Below are positions 22,953 through 34,241 of a stretch of 64,000 bases of DNA, one piece after another; position 1 is the first letter of the stretch; each line of letters starts with the position of its first letter. The notes below the pieces were generated by a model that did no database searches, was not told the origin of the DNA, and saw nothing but the letters and a program-made list of their open reading frames with translations. The DNA comes from an uncultured Gemmatimonadales bacterium (GTDB lineage Bacteria > Gemmatimonadota > Gemmatimonadetes > Gemmatimonadales > GWC2-71-9): contig CAVSLV010000001.1 in assembly GCA_963728915.1 (NCBI GenBank), positions 384,001 through 448,000 of the forward strand. The letters are read 5' to 3'. The translations under genes were made by a program, and so were the position numbers.

Positions 22953-22966
22953 CTTCCCGGCCCGAG

Positions 22967-23509
22967 ATGCCCTCGGCCACCCTCCTTGACGCAGCTGCTG
23001 TTGCGCGGATCCTGTCGCGCATGGCCGGCGAAATCGTCGAGCGATGTGGATCGGCCGAGGGCCTTGTCGTGGTAGGAATCCAGCGGCGGGGCGCCGAGCT
23101 GGCCAACCGGCTGGCCCGCCTGATCGAAGAGCGCACCGGCGCGGCGGTGACGCTCGGGAAACTGGACATCACCCTCTATCGCGACGATCTCTCCGCCATC
23201 GGTCCGAGGCCCCGCGTGGGGCAGACCGATCTCCCCGAGGAAATCGAGGGCCGGGTGGTGGTGCTGGTGGACGACGTGCTCTACACCGGGCGGACCATCC
23301 GCGCCGCCCTCGACGAGCTGGCCGACTTCGGCCGGCCTCGGAGGATTCTGCTCGCCGTATTGATCGACCGGGGGGGACGGGAGCTTCCCATTCAAGCCGA
23401 CATCGTGGGACAGGCCGTCACGGTCGAGCCGGGTGAGCGGGTCGAGCTGGCGGTCACCGAGCTGGACGGTCGCGACGGCGTGGAGCTGGTCGACGGAAGG
23501 GGACGATGA
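22967..23509 (+). CDS. pyrR: PyrR regulator / uracil phosphoribosyltransferase
   Basis: [45 protein letters not shown]. Confidence 0.95.
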   Translation: MPSATLLDAAAVARILSRMAGEIVERCGSAEGLVVVGIQRRGAELANRLARLIEERTGAAVTLGKLDITLYRDDLSAIGPRPRVGQTDLPEEIEGRVVVLVDDVLYTGRTIRAALDELADFGRPRRILLAVLIDRGGRELPIQADIVGQAVTVEPGERVELAVTELDGRDGVELVDGRGR

Positions 23510-24471
23510 CGGCCGCCGCCCGGGATCTCGCGCTGGGGAAGGACCTGATCGGGCTCGAGCACCTCAGTCCCGGGCAGCTCCGGCTCATCCTCGACATGGC
23601 CGAGCCGTTCAAGGAAGTGAGCGAGCGGCCGATCAAGAAGGTCCCGGCGCTTCGCGGCAAGACCATCGTCAACCTGTTCTTCGAAGCCTCCACCCGGACC
23701 CGGATCTCCTTCGAGTTCGCCGAGAAGCGGCTCAGCGCCGACACCGTCAACGTGGCGACGGTCGGCTCCTCGGTCGCCAAGGGGGAAACCCTGGTCGACA
23801 CCGCCCGGAACCTCGAGGCGATGCGGATCGACATGGTGGTGATCCGGCATCCCTCGAGCGGGGCGGCCGGCTTCCTGGCCTAGCGGATCCGCTCCAACGT
23901 GATCAACGCCGGCGACGGCAAGCACGAGCATCCCACCCAGGGACTGCTCGATCTCCTCACCCTGCGGGACTGGTTCGGACGCATCGAGGGACTCAAGGTC
24001 GCCATCTGCGGCGACGTGCTCCACAGCCGGGTGGCCCGGAGCAACATCTGGGGGCTGCTCAAGCTGGGCGCCCAGGTCGCCGTCTCGGGACCCGCCACCC
24101 TGATTCCCCGGGACATCGAGCGGCTCGGCGTCACGGTGTTTCCCCGGATCGAGGACGCCATCGCCTGGGCCGACGCGCTCAACGTGCTGCGGCTCCAGCT
24201 CGAGCGGATGGAAGCGGGTTATGTCCCCTCCCTCCGCGAGTACAACCGGGTGTTCGGCATCACCCGGGAGCGGCTGGCCCGGGCTCCCCGCGAGCTGGTC
24301 ATCCTGCACCCCGGCCCGATCAACCGGGGCGTCGAAATCGACAGCGACGTGGCCGACGGCCCCCACAGCGTGATCCTCCCCCAGGTGACCAACGGGGTGG
24401 CGGTCCGCATGGCGGTGCTCTATCTGCTGGCGGGCGGGGCGCCCGACTGGCGGGCCGGCGACGAACGATGA
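23506..24471 (+). pseudogene. pyrB: Aspartate carbamoyltransferase catalytic subunit interrupted by an in-frame TAG (23881-23883)
   Basis: FFEASTRTR before the stop; [24 protein letters not shown] and HPGPINRG after it in the same frame. May be a sequence error. Confidence 0.9.
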
Positions 24472-25766
24472 GCGCGCTCCTGATTCGCGGCGGCCGGGTG
24501 ATCGACCCGTCCCGGAATACCGACGGGCCGGCCGACGTCCTGGTGCGGGACGACCGGATCGAAGCGGTGGGACGGAACATCCCGGTGGACCCGGGGGTGC
24601 AGGTCCTCGAGGCGGCGGGGAAGGTGGTGGCGCCCGGGCTGATCGATCTCCACGTCCACCTGCGGGAGCCCGGCTTCGAGCAGGCCGAGACGATCGCCAG
24701 CGGCGCCGCGGCCGCGGCGGCCGGCGGATTCACCGCGGTCTGCGCCATGCCTAACACGGATCCCATCACCGACACCCACGCCTCGGTCGGCTTCGTGGTC
24801 CGCCAGGCGATCCGGGCCGCCCAGGCGCGGGTCTATCCCATCGGCGCGGTTTCGATGGGGCAGAAGGGCGAGCAGCTGACCGAGTTCGGGGAGCTGGTCC
24901 AGGCCGGCGCGGTCGCGGTGAGCGACGACGGGAAGCCGGTGCGGTCGAGCCACCTGATGCGGACCGCGCTCGAGTACGCCAAGACGTTCGGGATTCCGGT
25001 CGCGGATCACTGCGAGGACCTCTCGCTGGCTCAGGGCGGCTCCATGCACGAAGGCATCGTGTCCACCCGGCTCGGCCTCAAGGGAATTCCCTCGGCGGCC
25101 GAAGAGATCATGGTGGCCCGCGACATTCTCCTCGCCGAGCTGACCGGGGGCCACGTGCACCTCTGTCACATGTCGACCCGGGGGTCCGTTGCCCTGATCC
25201 GCTGGGCCAAGGAGAAGGGCATCCGGGTCACCGCCGAAGCCACTCCCCATCATTTCACGCTGACCCACGAGCGCTGCGAAGGGTACGACACCAACGCGAA
25301 GATGAACCCGCCACTCCGTGAGGCGGAGGACCGCGACGCGATTCGCCAGGGCCTCAAGGACGGAACGATCGACTGCATCGCCAGCGATCACGCGCCCCAT
25401 CACTACGACGCGAAGGAGCGGGAGTTCGACGAAGCGCCCAACGGCATCGTCGGCCTGGAGACCGCCCTGGGGCTCGGGATCCGGGAGCTGGTCGAGACCG
25501 GCATTCTGACCCTGGCCGACCTGATCGCCCGGATGAGCACCATTCCGGCACGAGTCTTCCACCTTCCCGGTGGGACCCTGTCGGTAGGGGCGCCGGCGGA
25601 TCTGGTGGTTTTCGACCCGGGCAGACGGTGGACGGTTCGGAAGGAGGATTTGCGCTCTCTGAGCGCCAACTCCCCTTTCCTCGGGGAAACCCTTGTCGGA
25701 CAAGCGGATGCGACGATTGTCGGGGGCCGGCTGGTGTTTGAGCGGAGCAACCGTTCGAATTCTTGA
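24468..25766 (+). CDS. pyrC: Dihydroorotase
   Basis: ATGA overlap; [39 protein letters not shown]. Confidence 0.95.
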   Translation: MSALLIRGGRVIDPSRNTDGPADVLVRDDRIEAVGRNIPVDPGVQVLEAAGKVVAPGLIDLHVHLREPGFEQAETIASGAAAAAAGGFTAVCAMPNTDPITDTHASVGFVVRQAIRAAQARVYPIGAVSMGQKGEQLTEFGELVQAGAVAVSDDGKPVRSSHLMRTALEYAKTFGIPVADHCEDLSLAQGGSMHEGIVSTRLGLKGIPSAAEEIMVARDILLAELTGGHVHLCHMSTRGSVALIRWAKEKGIRVTAEATPHHFTLTHERCEGYDTNAKMNPPLREAEDRDAIRQGLKDGTIDCIASDHAPHHYDAKEREFDEAPNGIVGLETALGLGIRELVETGILTLADLIARMSTIPARVFHLPGGTLSVGAPADLVVFDPGRRWTVRKEDLRSLSANSPFLGETLVGQADATIVGGRLVFERSNRSNS

Positions 25767-25859
25767 CGACTCAACCCTGAACGGGTTTCCAAGATTCGGT
25801 TTGACGTTAGATTGGAAGGACTTATGCCCGCCGTGGAGCGGCGGCTCGGAGCGTTTTCC

Positions 25860-26819
25860 ATGACCGATACGAAGGCCCAAGACATCGCTGAAATCGAAAC
25901 TCTTCTCGCGAACCGCCAGCAACTGGTGGAGTGGCTGGCACGTCTCGACGCTGCCGGATCGCGGGCGCCGGACAAGGTGCGCGCCAAGGTGCGCACCGAT
26001 TATCAGGGCCGGTTGGGACAGGTCGTTACCCAGCTCGCTACCCATCGCGATGTCATCGCGGACACGCTCTCCGGTCTTCGCGATCAGGTTTCCCAGGTCG
26101 AGTCGCTCCGTCAGGAAGAGTTGAACATCCGTGCCGAGGCCGAGCTTCGGCATGCGGTGGGCGAATACACCGACGATGAATGGCAGCTGGTCGAGTTGGA
26201 AAGCTCGGGGAAGATCGCGGGCTTCGACCACGAGATCGACAAGCTTTCGCAGGAAATCCATCGGCTCGAAGAGGTATTGGCGCTGATCGTCCCGGAGCGT
26301 TCCCAGGAAAAAGGGCCTGCCCCCGAGGAAGCGCCCGCCGCGTCCACCCCGCATTTGTCGCTGGAATCCACCGCGAGCGAAGAGTCTCAGGAGTCCTCGG
26401 CTCCCTCGCCCCGGCCCGAGGCGCCCCGGTTCGTTCCCCGCACCGGCCACTTCCCGAAGGAGCCGCTCTACCCTCGGGGACAGAATCCCCGCAGCTCGGC
26501 GGGGTCGTCCCCGACCCCCGCGCCGGCACCGGCCCAGGCGCAGTCTCAGTCCCAGCCCCAATCCCAATCCCAGTCAGGGACGACGACCACCACGTCATCG
26601 AACAATCGCGAGGACGAGCTGGCCTTTCTTCGTTCGATGAATGTCGAGCTGATGAACGCCGCGCCCCGCGCTCCCCAGGCTCCCAATGGCGGAAACGCCG
26701 AGGCGGAGCGCCCGGCGATGCCGGTGCCCAAGACCCTCAAGTGCCGCGATTGTGGCTCGCTGAACCGGCCGACCGACTGGTACTGTGAGCGGTGCGGGGC
26801 GGAGCTGGCTGCGGTCTGA
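25860..26819 (+). CDS. Hypothetical protein: coiled coil, low-complexity linker, C-terminal zinc ribbon
   Basis: Helical N-terminal half; P/Q/S/T-rich linker with CA(G/A)TCC-like hexamers at 26535-26576; KCRDCG..N....WYCERCG. Confidence 0.8.
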   Translation: MTDTKAQDIAEIETLLANRQQLVEWLARLDAAGSRAPDKVRAKVRTDYQGRLGQVVTQLATHRDVIADTLSGLRDQVSQVESLRQEELNIRAEAELRHAVGEYTDDEWQLVELESSGKIAGFDHEIDKLSQEIHRLEEVLALIVPERSQEKGPAPEEAPAASTPHLSLESTASEESQESSAPSPRPEAPRFVPRTGHFPKEPLYPRGQNPRSSAGSSPTPAPAPAQAQSQSQPQSQSQSGTTTTTSSNNREDELAFLRSMNVELMNAAPRAPQAPNGGNAEAERPAMPVPKTLKCRDCGSLNRPTDWYCERCGAELAAV

Positions 26820-26822
26820 GCT

Positions 26823-27065
26823 TCAGCCAGCTCGCTTTGCCAGGCGGGATTTCTGTCTCGCCGCGGTATTCCGGTGGATGAGTCCCTTGCGCGCCGCCCG
26901 ATCCAATAGCTGCTCCGCGCGCTGATACGCCTGATCCCGATCCTTCCCGGTTGTGCCTCGTACCTTCTTCACCGCCGTGCGGAGGGCACTTCGCTGCGCC
27001 CGGTTCCGCAGGGTGCGACCCTTGGCTTGACGGAGCTGCTTCTTCGCGGACTTGGTTCTCGGCAC
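26823..27065 (-). CDS. rpsT: 30S ribosomal protein S20
   Basis: AAGGAG RBS and GTG start; PRTKSAKKQLRQ...LDRAARKGLIHRNTAARQKSRL. Confidence 0.96.
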   Translation of the reverse strand: MPRTKSAKKQLRQAKGRTLRNRAQRSALRTAVKKVRGTTGKDRDQAYQRAEQLLDRAARKGLIHRNTAARQKSRLAKRAG

Positions 27066-27105
27066 AACGACTCCTTCCGGTTGGCGATTGGATGCGAAAC
27101 CGCTA

Positions 27106-27113
27106 AGTATAGT
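27106..27113. promoter_or_regulatory. Overlapping divergent -10 hexamers (rpsT / site-2 protease)
   Basis: AGTATAGT reads TATAGT on + (27108-27113) and TATACT on - (27106-27111). Confidence 0.5.
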
Positions 27114-27120
27114 GGCGACA

Positions 27121-27809
27121 ATGACTGATTTCATCCTCGCCCTGCCAGTCCTGATCTTTTCCCTGGTTGCCCACGAATACGCTCACGGTTACGCGGCCTT
27201 CCGCCAGGGCGATGATACCGCCCTCATGCAGGGGCGGCTCACCCTGAATCCTCTTCCCCACATCGATCCCTGGCTGACCCTCATCATGCCCGCCCTGCTC
27301 TGGTTCGGCACCAAGGGGGCATTCACGTTCGGGGGCGCGCGGCCGATCGAGGTGCGGCCGGAGAAGTATCGCCATTACGTCCGGGGGGACCTGATCGTCT
27401 CGACCGCCGGGGTGTTCACCAACCTGATGATCGCCGTCGCCTGCGCCGGGCTGTTCTTTCTTCTGGGATCGGTCGCCCGGGTCATTCCGGCCGCCTCGAA
27501 CGTGCTGGGAACCGGGCAGCGGATGATGTCCTGGGGGGTGTGGCTCAACCTGATGCTGGGGTTCTTCAACATTCTGCCGATTCCTCCCCTGGACGGGTCC
27601 CACGTGCTCTACCACCTGCTGCCCGGAGGACTGCGGCGGCCGTACCGGAATTTTCAGCGGCTCGGATTCCTCCCCCTGCTCGCCCTCATGCTGCTCTTCC
27701 CGGGGCGATCCGCTGGCTCCTCACTCCGGCCCTGGCCGGGATGCGGCTGTTCGTCGAATGGGCGGCCCCCTTCGCCGCCGCCGATCACTGGAGCATCTTT
27801 CCCTTGTGA
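27121..27809 (+). CDS. Site-2 protease (M50) family protein, one frameshift near 27703
   Basis: HEYAH, GRLTLNPLPHIDP, FNILPIPPLDG; the C-terminus continues in another frame after a G4 run. Confidence 0.88.
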
Positions 27810-28600
27810 CCACTCCTCTCTCCACGTCGGTACGCGGGGTACTCGGGCCGATCATCCTCTCACCGGGCCCCCCGATCGATCCGAGTCGCCCTCCCGGCGG
27901 GTTCGTGGTCGAGCTGGAAGCCTTCTCGGGGCCGCTGGACCTGCTGCTCCACCTGCTCCGGGAGGAGCAGATCGAGATCGCCGACATTCCGATCGCGCGG
28001 ATCGCGGATCAGTTCCTTGCCGTCATCCACGATCTCGGCCTCAACCAGGCGGCGGATTACCTGGAGCTGGCCAGCCGCCTGGTTCGGCTCAAGGCCCAGA
28101 TGCTCCTGCCCCGGGGCGCCGAGGGCGAGGCGTGGGAAGATCCTCGCGCCGAGCTGGTGCGGCGGCTGCTCGAGTATCAGCAGATCCGGGAGATCGCCCA
28201 CTGGATGTCGGAGGCCGCGGAACGGCGCTCCCTCCAGATGCCCCGGGGGTACTTGCCGCCACCGCCCGAGCTCCCGCCTCCTCCGCTTACCCTCGATGTC
28301 ATGGAACTCTTCGCCGCGGTCGAGCGGGTCATCGCCGGGATTCTGCATCCGGTGCTCCACCGCGTGGTGGCCCGGCCGCTGGACGTGGAAGGCGCGAGCC
28401 GCCGGCTCACCGCGTTGCTCGAGGACCGGGAGAGCTTTCCCTGGACCGATGCGCTGGCAAATCCGCCCACCGTGAGCGACGTGCTCTCGGTCCTCCTCGC
28501 TCTGCTCGAGATGGCTCGGCGGGGCGCCTGTTCACTGGCTCAGGCCCTGGCTTTCGGACCGTTACTGGTGCGTCGTGCATCCGCTCTCCCCACTCATTGA
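27806..28600 (+). CDS. scpA: Segregation and condensation protein A
   Basis: FSGPLDLLLHL, IPIARIADQF, LKAQMLLP, EDPRAELVRRLLEY. Confidence 0.93.
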   Translation: MTTPLSTSVRGVLGPIILSPGPPIDPSRPPGGFVVELEAFSGPLDLLLHLLREEQIEIADIPIARIADQFLAVIHDLGLNQAADYLELASRLVRLKAQMLLPRGAEGEAWEDPRAELVRRLLEYQQIREIAHWMSEAAERRSLQMPRGYLPPPPELPPPPLTLDVMELFAAVERVIAGILHPVLHRVVARPLDVEGASRRLTALLEDRESFPWTDALANPPTVSDVLSVLLALLEMARRGACSLAQALAFGPLLVRRASALPTH

Positions 28601-29159
28601 AGCGGCGCTGTTCGCCGCCTCCCGTCCGCTCACTCCGGAAGAGCTGGGCACGCTCGACCCGGACGCGAGCCTGGACGATGTCCGCGCGGCGCTCCAGGCG
28701 CTCCGGGAGCACTACGACTTCGACAACCACGGGGTGGAGCTGGTGGAGCTCGCCGGTGGCTATCAGATCCTGACCCGGTCCACCTACGCGGCGGCCATCG
28801 AGCGGGCCCAGCTCAGCCAGCGGCCGCCCCGGCTGACTTCGGCCATGCTGGAGACCCTGTCGGTGATCGCCTATCGCCAGCCGGTCGGGCGGGCCGAGAT
28901 CGAGGAGATCCGCGGGGTGCAGGCGAGCGGGGTGCTCCGGTCCCTCCAGGAGCGTGGCCTGATCGAGGTGGTCGGCCGGAGCGAAGGCCTGGGACGCCCG
29001 CTGCTCTACGGCACCACGCCGCTCTTCCTCGAGCTGCTCGGCCTTCCCGATCTCCAGAATCTGCCCCGGTCGGAGGAGCTTTCGATCGCGCTGGAGCCGC
29101 CCCGGCCGGAGCCGGAGGGGCCCGACGACGCCGCGGCGTATGTCCCTGCCGATCGATGA
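28575..29159 (+). CDS. scpB: Segregation and condensation protein B
   Basis: IEAALFA, LETLSVIAYRQPV, IEEIRGV, GRPLLYGTT. Confidence 0.95.
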   Translation: MHPLSPLIEAALFAASRPLTPEELGTLDPDASLDDVRAALQALREHYDFDNHGVELVELAGGYQILTRSTYAAAIERAQLSQRPPRLTSAMLETLSVIAYRQPVGRAEIEEIRGVQASGVLRSLQERGLIEVVGRSEGLGRPLLYGTTPLFLELLGLPDLQNLPRSEELSIALEPPRPEPEGPDDAAAYVPADR

Positions 29160-29886
29160 TGATGCGGGTGCAGCGCGCGCTGGCCCAGGCCGGGATCGCC
29201 TCCCGCCGCGCCGCCGAGGAGTTGATCCGGGGAGGGGTGGTCCGGGTGGACGGCCAGGTGGTGACGCTGGGGGCGTCGGTGGATCCGGAGCGACAGAAGA
29301 TCACGGTGCGGGGCCGGACCATAACCCGGAAGCCCCGCCGCTGGATCGCTTTTCACAAGCCGCTCGGGGTCGTGACCACCGCGTCGGATGAGGCGGGGCG
29401 GCGCACCGTCTACGAGTTCGTGCCGCGAGGAGAGGGGCTCACCTACGTGGGCCGGCTCGACGTCATGACCACCGGGCTCCTGCTCCTCACCACCGACGGC
29501 GAGGCGGTGCACCGCCTGACCCACCCCCGCTACCGGATCCCCCGGCGCTACACCGCGCTGGTCCACGGGCTCGATACGCCGCAGCTTGCCGGGGCGGTCC
29601 GGCATCCGGTCCAGCTCGAGGGCCAGCGGGTTACGCCGCTCGCCGCGCGGGTGCGCCCCGGTGTGGCCGGACGCAGCATTCTCGACGTCACCTTCGCCGA
29701 GGGGCGCAAGCATCTGGTGCGCCGCTGGGCCGAGGCGCTGGGCCTCAAGGTGGATCGGTTGGCCCGGCTCTCCTATGGTCCGGTGCGGCTGGGGACCCTG
29801 GCTCCCGGGAAATGGCGTCCCCTCACCCCGACCGAACAGCGCGCGGTGTATCGCGCGATTCACCTCGCTCCAGGACGAGAAGCGGT

Positions 29887-29890
<4 letters not shown>
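29156..29890 (+). CDS. rluB: RluB/RsuA family pseudouridine synthase
   Basis: S4 domain ([13 protein letters not shown]), [18 protein letters not shown]; position after scpB. Confidence 0.85.
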
Positions 29891-30871
<981 letters not shown>

Positions 30872-30873
30872 GC

Positions 30874-30915
30874 AGGGGTGAGGTGTGAGGGGAAAGGGAT
30901 GAGGGGTGAGGGGTG
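30874..30915 (+). repeat. Heptamer array AGGGGTG x6
   Basis: aggggtg aggtgtg aggggaa agggatg aggggtg aggggtg fills the moxR-DUF58 gap. Confidence 0.8.
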
Positions 30916-31808
30916 AGTGTTCCTCCCGAGCTGCTCAAGCAGGTCAAGGGCATCGCGATGCGAACTCGCGGGCGTGGTCGACTCCCTCTTCTCGGGCGAC
31001 TTCCGGTCGGTGTTCAAGGGCCAGGGCGTCGAGTTCTCCGAGGTCCGCGCCTACGAAGCCGGCGACGACTTCCGCTCGATCGACTGGAACGTCTCCGCCC
31101 GGCTCGGGCGCCCCTTCGTCAAGACCTTCACCGAAGAGCGTGAGCTCACCGTGCTGCTCATCGTGGATCAGTCCGCCTCGACCCGGGTGGGGACGCCGGT
31201 GACCAAGGCGGCCCGGCTCGGTGGAGATCGCCGCAGTGCTGGCCCTGGCGGGAGCACAGGAGCAGGACCGGGTCGGCGCGATTCTGTTCAGCGACCGGAT
31301 CGAGCACGTGGTCCGCCCGCCGAAGGGGCGCCGCCACGCGCTGCGCCTGATCCGCGACATGCTGGCGTTCGCGAGCCAGCGCCGGGGGACCAACATCGTC
31401 AACGCGATTCGCTACGCGTCGAAGGTGCTGGGCCACCGCAGCGTGGTGGTCATCCTGTCGGATTTCCTCGCCGAAGGATGGGAGAAGGCCCTGCGCGAGC
31501 TGGCGGTGCGTCACCAGGTGATCGCCATCACGGTCGACGATCCCCGGGAGGACCATCCCCCCGCGGGTGGCTGGATCGAGATGGTGGACGCGGAATCCGG
31601 ACGCCGGGTGCTGGTGGACACCGGGAGCGCCGCCGCGCGCCGGCGCTGGGAAGCGGCCGCGTCGGCCCGGCGGGGCCGGCGCGCCGAGCTGCTCAAGGCG
31701 GCGGGCGCCGAGCAGATCGCGATCGATCTCAGCACCGACTACGGCCTGGTTCTCCGGCGCGCGTTCGCGCGCAGGCAGGGACGGCGTCCGGGCCGGCGGG
31801 CTCGATGA
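30913..31808 (+). CDS. DUF58 family protein, frameshifts near 30970 and 31220
   Basis: FKGQGVEFSEVRAYEAGDDFRSIDWNVSAR, EERE, DRVG, VILSDF spread over three frames. Confidence 0.85.
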
Positions 31809-32538
31809 TCGCCCACCTTCTCATCCTCTGGCAGGCGGTCCAGCCCACCGTCGGAGATACGGTCTGGATCGAGCGGATCGTGAACGACGTGGGCCGCGCG
31901 ATCCTGCGCCCCCAGCAGTGGGACCTCGGAGCGGAAGGGGTTCAGCTCGGGCCGCCGGTCGTGGCCCACGGCGCGGCCGGCATCTCGATCCGGTATCCCG
32001 TGGTGCTGTGGTACCCCGGCGAGCGAGTCCTCACCATGCCGGGACCGGTGGTGGTGTTTCCCGACGGGACTTCCGACACGCTCGCCGGCCTCGGTGCACC
32101 GGGTCAGGCTCCAGAGTGTGCTGCCGTCGGATCAGCCCAAGAGCCGGATTCCTCCCCGACCACCGCGTACTCCGCTTCCGTTGAGCGGGCACTCCATCCT
32201 GCCCTTGGTGTTCCTCGTTGCCGGATCTCTCCTCCTGATTGCCCTTGGCGCGTTTCTCTGGCGCCGCCGGGGGAAAACCGTCGCCCAGGCCTGCATCGGT
32301 GCTTCGCGAGCCCGAGGCCGACCTGCTGCGACGCTGGACCGCGCTCGGCGAGTACCGCGCGGCGCTGCATCACTGGGGATGGCGCCTCGCCCATCGGATG
32401 CAGAAGAGCGCGGACCTTTCCGAGATCGCGGCGCTCCAGCATACGCTGGAGGAAATCGGCGACCGGACCTTCGTGCGTGAACATCCCGAACGGCTGGCGG
32501 TTCTGGCGGGGCAGGCATCCGAGTTGGACAAGGAGTGA
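31805..32538 (+). CDS. Hypothetical membrane-anchored protein of the Bat operon, frameshifts near 32087 and 32290
   Basis: ATGA overlap; [11 protein letters not shown]..., [10 protein letters not shown] helix then WRRRG; pieces lie in ORFs 30917, 32094 and 32239. Confidence 0.65.
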
Positions 32539-32540
32539 CC

Positions 32541-33264
32541 ATGGAGGACACTGCGCTGGCGGGGAAGGTCGCGATCGTGACCGGAAGCAGCCGGGGGATC
32601 GGGTACGCGATCGCCGAGGCATTGGTCGGCGCGGGAATCCGGGTGGTCGTCTCCGGCCGGGATCGGGCCCGCCGCGGAGGCCGCCCGCCGCCTGAGCCGG
32701 GCTCCCGCCGCGGCGATCGCGGTGCCCTGCGACGTGCGGCGCGCCGAAGGCGCCGGGAGCTGGTGCGCGGGCGCTGGAGGCGTTCGGCGGCCTGGATATT
32801 CTCGTGAACAACGCCGGGGTCGGCGGGTTCGGCCGGGTGAGCGAGCTCCCGGTCGAGGCCTGGGACCGGGTCATCGCAGACCAACCTGAGTGGGGCGTTC
32901 TACTGCTCGCGCGAGGCCATTCCCGCGCTCCGGGCGCGGGGCGGGCGGCTGGATCATCAATATCGGCTCGCTCGCCGGCAAGAACGCCATGGCGGATGGC
33001 GCGGCCTACTGTGCTTCGAAGTTCGGGATGATCGGATTCTCCGAGTCGCTCATGCTCGACGTGCGCTACGACAACATCCGGGTGACCTGTCTCATGCCGG
33101 GCAGCGTGGCCACCGAATTCAACGATCGCCGGCCTTCGGAGGCGGATGCCTGGCGGATCCAGCCCGGCGATCTGGGCGCGATCGTGCTCGATCTGCTTCG
33201 GACTCCGGCCCGCACGCTGCCCTCCCGGGTGGAGATCCGGCCCACCCGGCCGCCCGCGCGTTAG
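32541..33264 (+). CDS. Short-chain dehydrogenase/reductase, multiply frameshifted
   Basis: [41 protein letters not shown] in different frames. Confidence 0.85.
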
Positions 33265-33265
33265 G

Positions 33266-34241
33266 ATGAGCTTCAGCCGGCCGCCCTGCTCCTGGTCCTG
33301 CTGGCGATTCCCGTCCTAGCTGCTCTGGCGGGCGACCCGGGTCCGGCCGGCGGTGACGGTGGGTGATGCGGGGATCGCCGCGGCGGCGACCAGCAAATCG
33401 TGGCTGCCGTGGCTCCCCCCGGTGCTCCGGGCGCTGGGCCTCGCCGCCCTGGTGCTCGCCGCCGCCGGGCCCCGGCTCGAGGGAGGATCGAGCCTGCTCC
33501 GGCGGGAGGGGATCAGCATCGTCATCGCGCTGGACATCTCGAGCAGCATGCTCGCCGAGGATTTTGCCCCGTCCAACCGGATCGAGGTGGCCAAGCGGCA
33601 GGCGGCCCAGTTCATCCGGGGCCGGCCCAGCGACCGGATCGGTCTGGTGGCCTTCGCGGGCGAAGCCCTCACCCTCATCCCGGTGACCCTGGACCACGCC
33701 GTGCTGGAGTCGGCGGTTGCCGGCGTGCGGATCGGGATGCTGGAGGACGGAACCGCGATCGGCAGCGGCCTCGCGACCGCGATCAACCGGCTGCGCCGGC
33801 TGCCCGGCCCGTCCCGGGTCGTGCTGTTGCTCACCGACGGGGTCAACAACCGCGGCGAGATCGATCCGGAAACCTCGGCCGACCTCGCCACCGCCTACAA
33901 GGTGCGGGTGTACACCGTCGGGATCGGGACCCGGGGCCAGGCGCCGGATGCCGACCGGCCGCAGCCTCACCGGGTTCACCTACGAGACCCTGCCGGTGGA
34001 GATCGACGAGCCGTTGCTCCAGGACATCGCCCGGAAGACCGGGGGACAGTATTTCCGCGCCACCGATGCGGGAGCGCTCCAGCGGATCTTCCAGCAGATC
34101 GATCAGCTCGAGCGGGTCCGGCTGACCACCCGCCAGCCCCGGGCCCTGGACGAGCGGACCGCGCCGTTTCTGCTTGCCGGGTTAGGCTTGATCGCCGCCG
34201 CGCTCCTCCTCGGCGCCACCCGGGCGGTGCGGGCGCCATGA
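33266..34241 (+). CDS. BatA-like VWA domain protein, frameshifted
   Basis: MIDAS DISSSM, DRIGLVAFAG, GTAIGSGL, LLTDG, VYTVGIG, IDEPLLQDIA..TGGQYFRA. Confidence 0.85.

Noticed and set aside
23881..23883. Genome-wide TAG reassignment or pyrrolysine
   Set aside because: TAG ends many conserved genes here at the expected positions; no pyl genes in the window.
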